A DNA stretch of 64,000 bases, taken from assembly GCF_943846705.1 (NCBI RefSeq), contig NZ_OX044366.1:1626996-1690995 (forward strand). The letters run 5' to 3'. The notes under the pieces were generated by a model. The model was given only the letters and a program-made list of their open reading frames with translations. It was not told the origin of the DNA and did no database searches. Of the stretch, positions 61,084-64,000 are shown piece by piece (within the stretch, counting starts at the first letter, position 1; each line of letters opens with the position of its first letter). The stretch comes from an uncultured Pseudomonas sp. (GTDB lineage Bacteria; Pseudomonadota; Gammaproteobacteria; Pseudomonadales; Pseudomonadaceae). A program made the position numbers and the translations under genes.

Positions 61084-62352
61084 ATGTCTGATTTGAAAAC
61101 AGCCGCTCTCGAGTATCACGCTAAGCCCCGCCCGGGTAAGCTGAGTGTCGAGTTAACCAAGCCCACCGCAACCGCACGCGACCTGGCTCTGGCTTATAGC
61201 CCGGGCGTCGCTGAGCCTGTGCGCGAAATCGCGCGTGATCCGGAGTTGGCGTATCGCTACACCGGCAAAGGCAACCTGGTGGCAGTCATTTCTGACGGTA
61301 CCGCGATTCTCGGTCTCGGTGACCTCGGTCCGTTGGCGTCCAAGCCGGTTATGGAAGGTAAAGGCGTGCTATTCAAGCGCTTTGCCGGTATCGACGTATT
61401 CGACATCGAAGTCGAGTCCGAGAGCCCGCAGGCTTTTATCGACACCGTGCGCCGTATCTCCATCACCTTCGGCGGTATCAACCTGGAAGACATCAAGGCA
61501 CCTGAGTGCTTTGAAATTGAACGCACGCTGATCGAACAGTGCGATATTCCGGTGTTCCACGATGACCAGCACGGCACTGCGATCGTGACTGCTGCGGGTA
61601 TGCTCAATGCGCTGGAAATCGCCGGCAAAACCCTGCCAGAAGCCAAGGTTGTGTGCCTGGGGGCTGGCGCTGCCGCGATCTCTTGCATGCGCTTGCTGGT
61701 GAGCATGGGGGCCAAGGTTGAGAACATCTTTATGATCGACCGCAAAGGCGTGATCCACGCCGGCCGTGACGATCTGAACCAGTACAAGGCGGTATTCGCC
61801 AGCGAAACCAGCAAACGAACCCTGTCTGACGCGCTGGAAGGCGCTGATGTGTTCGTCGGGCTGTCCGGTGCCAACCTGCTGGCGCCTGCCGACCTCAAGC
61901 GCATGGCTGCCAACCCAATCGTCTTCGCCTGCTCCAACCCGGATCCGGAAATCAAGCCGGAGCTGGCCCATGAAGTGCGTGATGACGTGATCATGGCCAC
62001 CGGTCGTTCCGATTACCCGAACCAGGTCAACAACGTACTGGGCTTCCCGTTTATCTTCCGTGGTGCTCTGGACGTTCGCGCGACCCGCATCAACGAAGAA
62101 ATGAAGATCGCTGCGGCCCTGGCCCTGCGTGATCTGGCCAAGCTGCCGGTGCCGCAGGAAGTCTGTGACGCTTACGGCGGCATCTCCCTGTCGTTCGGTC
62201 GTGAGTACATCATTCCGAAGCCAATGGACCCACGCCTGATCACTGTGGTCTGCGATGCGGTTGCCAAGGCGGCGATTGAAAGTGGTGTGGCGACGCTGCC
62301 CTATCCGAAGAACTACCCGTTGCAGTCGGTTAATGACGTGTTCAACGGCTAA
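61084..62352 (+). CDS. maeB: NADP-dependent malic enzyme (short form, no PTA-like domain)
   Basis: ORF-track 61012 trimmed to ATG 61084 (422 aa): MSDLKTAALEYHAKPRPGKLSVELTKP. Confidence 0.9.
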   Translation: MSDLKTAALEYHAKPRPGKLSVELTKPTATARDLALAYSPGVAEPVREIARDPELAYRYTGKGNLVAVISDGTAILGLGDLGPLASKPVMEGKGVLFKRFAGIDVFDIEVESESPQAFIDTVRRISITFGGINLEDIKAPECFEIERTLIEQCDIPVFHDDQHGTAIVTAAGMLNALEIAGKTLPEAKVVCLGAGAAAISCMRLLVSMGAKVENIFMIDRKGVIHAGRDDLNQYKAVFASETSKRTLSDALEGADVFVGLSGANLLAPADLKRMAANPIVFACSNPDPEIKPELAHEVRDDVIMATGRSDYPNQVNNVLGFPFIFRGALDVRATRINEEMKIAAALALRDLAKLPVPQEVCDAYGGISLSFGREYIIPKPMDPRLITVVCDAVAKAAIESGVATLPYPKNYPLQSVNDVFNG

Positions 62353-62367
62353 GCGCTCGGCACCCAA

Positions 62368-62403
62368 GCAATAAAAAACCCGCTACGGCGGGTTTTTTAT
62401 TGC
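62368..62403. terminator. Bidirectional intrinsic terminator between convergent maeB and mrcA
   Basis: GCAATAAAAAACCCGC-tacg-GCGGGTTTTTTATTGC: a 16-bp perfect stem with U-runs on both strands. Confidence 0.9.
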
Positions 62404-62448
62404 TGCTATTTCGGCTTTAACAGGCCACTTGCTTGGGCGCTAGCAGCT

Positions 62449-64000
62449 TTAGAACAGGTCGATCGGAGCGACTTGATCGGCGGGCAGTGGGCTGCCTGGG
62501 ATATACATGCCAGGCTCAAACTCACCCATGGGTGGCGGTGAGTCTTCACTCTTGAACAGCTCGAAGTAAGCATTCGGTGTATCGGGCGTGGCTGCCCGGC
62601 CGCTGTGAGGGTCGATGCGCAGGCTCAGGATGCCTTCAGGTTCTGGCAGTACGTGGCTGGGCTTGTCCTTCAATGCGGCGGCCATGTAACTCATCCAGAT
62701 CGGCAGGGCCACGGTGCCGCCATATTCATTACGACCAAGGCTTTCCGGCTGATCGAAGCCGGCCCAGACGGTGGTGATGTAGTCGGCGTTATAGCCGGAG
62801 AACCAGCTATCTTTCGACTCGTTGGTGGTGCCGGTTTTGCCCGCCAGGTCGTCTCGACCCAGTGCCATGGCACGACGACCGGTGCCGCGCTTGATCACGT
62901 CCTGAAGCAGGCTGGTCATGATGTAAGCCGTGCGCTCGTCAATGATCTGCTCGGCAAGCACTGGCTCAGGCAGTGCTTGCTCATCGCCATTGAGTTGTTC
63001 GGTGTTGCCACGCTCAGCTCGCAAGGTAGCGCTTGCCGGTGTCTGCGCCGGGTTGGCGTTGAACAGCTGCTTACCGGTGCGGTCCTCGATCCGCTCAATC
63101 AGATACGGCTCGGTTTTGTAGCCGCCGCTGGCAAAAACACTCCAGCCCTCGGCAATTTCCATTGGCGTTAGGCTGGCGGTGCCTAGGGCCAGGGATAGAT
63201 TGGGCGGCAGGTCCTTTTTCTCAAAGCCGAAGCGCTCGATATAGCTCAGGGTGCTGTCGATGCCGAGGTCTTGCAGCAGGCGAATGGAAACCAGGTTACG
63301 TGAGCGGTACAGCGCTTCACGCAGGCGGATCGGGCCGAGGAAGGTGTTGTTGTCATTCTTCGGCCTCCAGACCTGCGACTGGGGGTCTTCAGCGAACACG
63401 ATCGGCGCGTCATTCACTAGGGTGGCGGCGGTATAGCCTTTATCCAGCGCGGCGCTATAAACAAAGGGTTTGAAGCTTGAACCCGGCTGCCGCTTGGCCT
63501 GTACGGCGCGGTTGTAGTTACTCTGCTCGAAGGAGAAACCGCCGACCAGCGCGCGAATTGCGCCATTGTCGGGGTCTAGCGATACCAGTGCGCTCTGCGC
63601 TGCGGGCAGTTGCACGAAGCGCAGGCTATCGTCGGCTTGGCGTTGCACGCGGATCAGGTCGCCGATCTGGCTCACATCCGCAGGCTGCTGTGGTCGTGGG
63701 CCAATGCTGTTGGTGTTAAGGAAGGGGCGCGCCCATTTCATGCTGTCCCAGGCCACGGCGTGTTCCTCGCCGTTACGCAGCAGGACCATGATGCCGCTTT
63801 TCTCAACGCTCGTGACAATGGCCGGCTCCAGGCCGCCAAGAGATGTCTGTTTGTTCAGCTCGCTCAGCCAATGTTCTTTGGTCATGCCCGGCAGGCGGCT
63901 TTCCGGGCCGCGATAACCGTGGCGTTGGTCGTAACTGATCAGCCCTTCACGAACCGCGTTATTGGCAGCCTGTTGTAGGTCGCTGGGCACCGTAGTGGTG
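62449..64000 (-). CDS. mrcA: Penicillin-binding protein 1A (C-terminal transpeptidase part); 5' end outside the window
   Basis: The frame stays open to the window edge (…TTTVPSDLQQAANNAV). Transpeptidase motifs SSFKP and KTGTT. Confidence 0.88.
   Translation of the reverse strand, partial: TTTVPSDLQQAANNAVREGLISYDQRHGYRGPESRLPGMTKEHWLSELNKQTSLGGLEPAIVTSVEKSGIMVLLRNGEEHAVAWDSMKWARPFLNTNSIGPRPQQPADVSQIGDLIRVQRQADDSLRFVQLPAAQSALVSLDPDNGAIRALVGGFSFEQSNYNRAVQAKRQPGSSFKPFVYSAALDKGYTAATLVNDAPIVFAEDPQSQVWRPKNDNNTFLGPIRLREALYRSRNLVSIRLLQDLGIDSTLSYIERFGFEKKDLPPNLSLALGTASLTPMEIAEGWSVFASGGYKTEPYLIERIEDRTGKQLFNANPAQTPASATLRAERGNTEQLNGDEQALPEPVLAEQIIDERTAYIMTSLLQDVIKRGTGRRAMALGRDDLAGKTGTTNESKDSWFSGYNADYITTVWAGFDQPESLGRNEYGGTVALPIWMSYMAAALKDKPSHVLPEPEGILSLRIDPHSGRAATPDTPNAYFELFKSEDSPPPMGEFEPGMYIPGSPLPADQVAPIDLF

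Overview
This is a high-GC, gene-dense 64-kb chromosomal segment. Its gene content, gene order and REP-type repeats match a Pseudomonas core genome. From memory it is collinear with P. aeruginosa PAO1 blocks PA0413-PA0444, PA0546-PA0555 and PA5045-PA5050. The GTAGGGTGG-type REP doublets look more like the P. mendocina/oleovorans/alcaligenes side of the genus, which I cannot verify here.

I call 50 protein-coding genes, two of them truncated by the window edges:
- the distal Pil-Chp chemosensory genes chpA-chpB-chpC, then rsmE and bioA
- a cytochrome b561/YceI pair and an MHYT-GGDEF-EAL c-di-GMP protein
- RhlE- and DbpA-type DEAD-box helicases, and ppnN
- the SAM-cycle genes ahcY-metF and a SahR-like regulator gene coupled to metK
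- a complete reductive pyrimidine-catabolism cluster: rutR-like regulator, preT/preA, dihydropyrimidinase, NCS1 permease, N-carbamoyl-beta-alanine amidohydrolase
- ligB, the tktA-epd-pgk-(lipoprotein)-fba block and an NfeD/SPFH pair
- priA, rpmE, maeB and the 3' part of mrcA

I saw no rRNA, tRNA, CRISPR array, IS element, integrase, prophage or recognisable defence or toxin-antitoxin module.

The ORF track cannot show the following non-coding content:
- an SAH riboswitch in the ahcY leader
- a 44-bp perfect palindrome that looks like the operator of the SahR-like regulator
- three inverted REP doublets
- about ten terminator-type hairpins
- an in-frame (GCCGAA)13 microsatellite in chpA
- a (CTGCCCC)4 repeat that is a textbook G-quadruplex motif on the opposite strand

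This is an ordinary housekeeping region. I could not find a convincing new multi-gene system, and the findings are regulatory or structural oddities of low-to-moderate novelty.

Start codons were refined from the ORF track using Shine-Dalgarno spacing and conserved N-termini. All similarity statements come from reading the translations and from memory, not from database searches.
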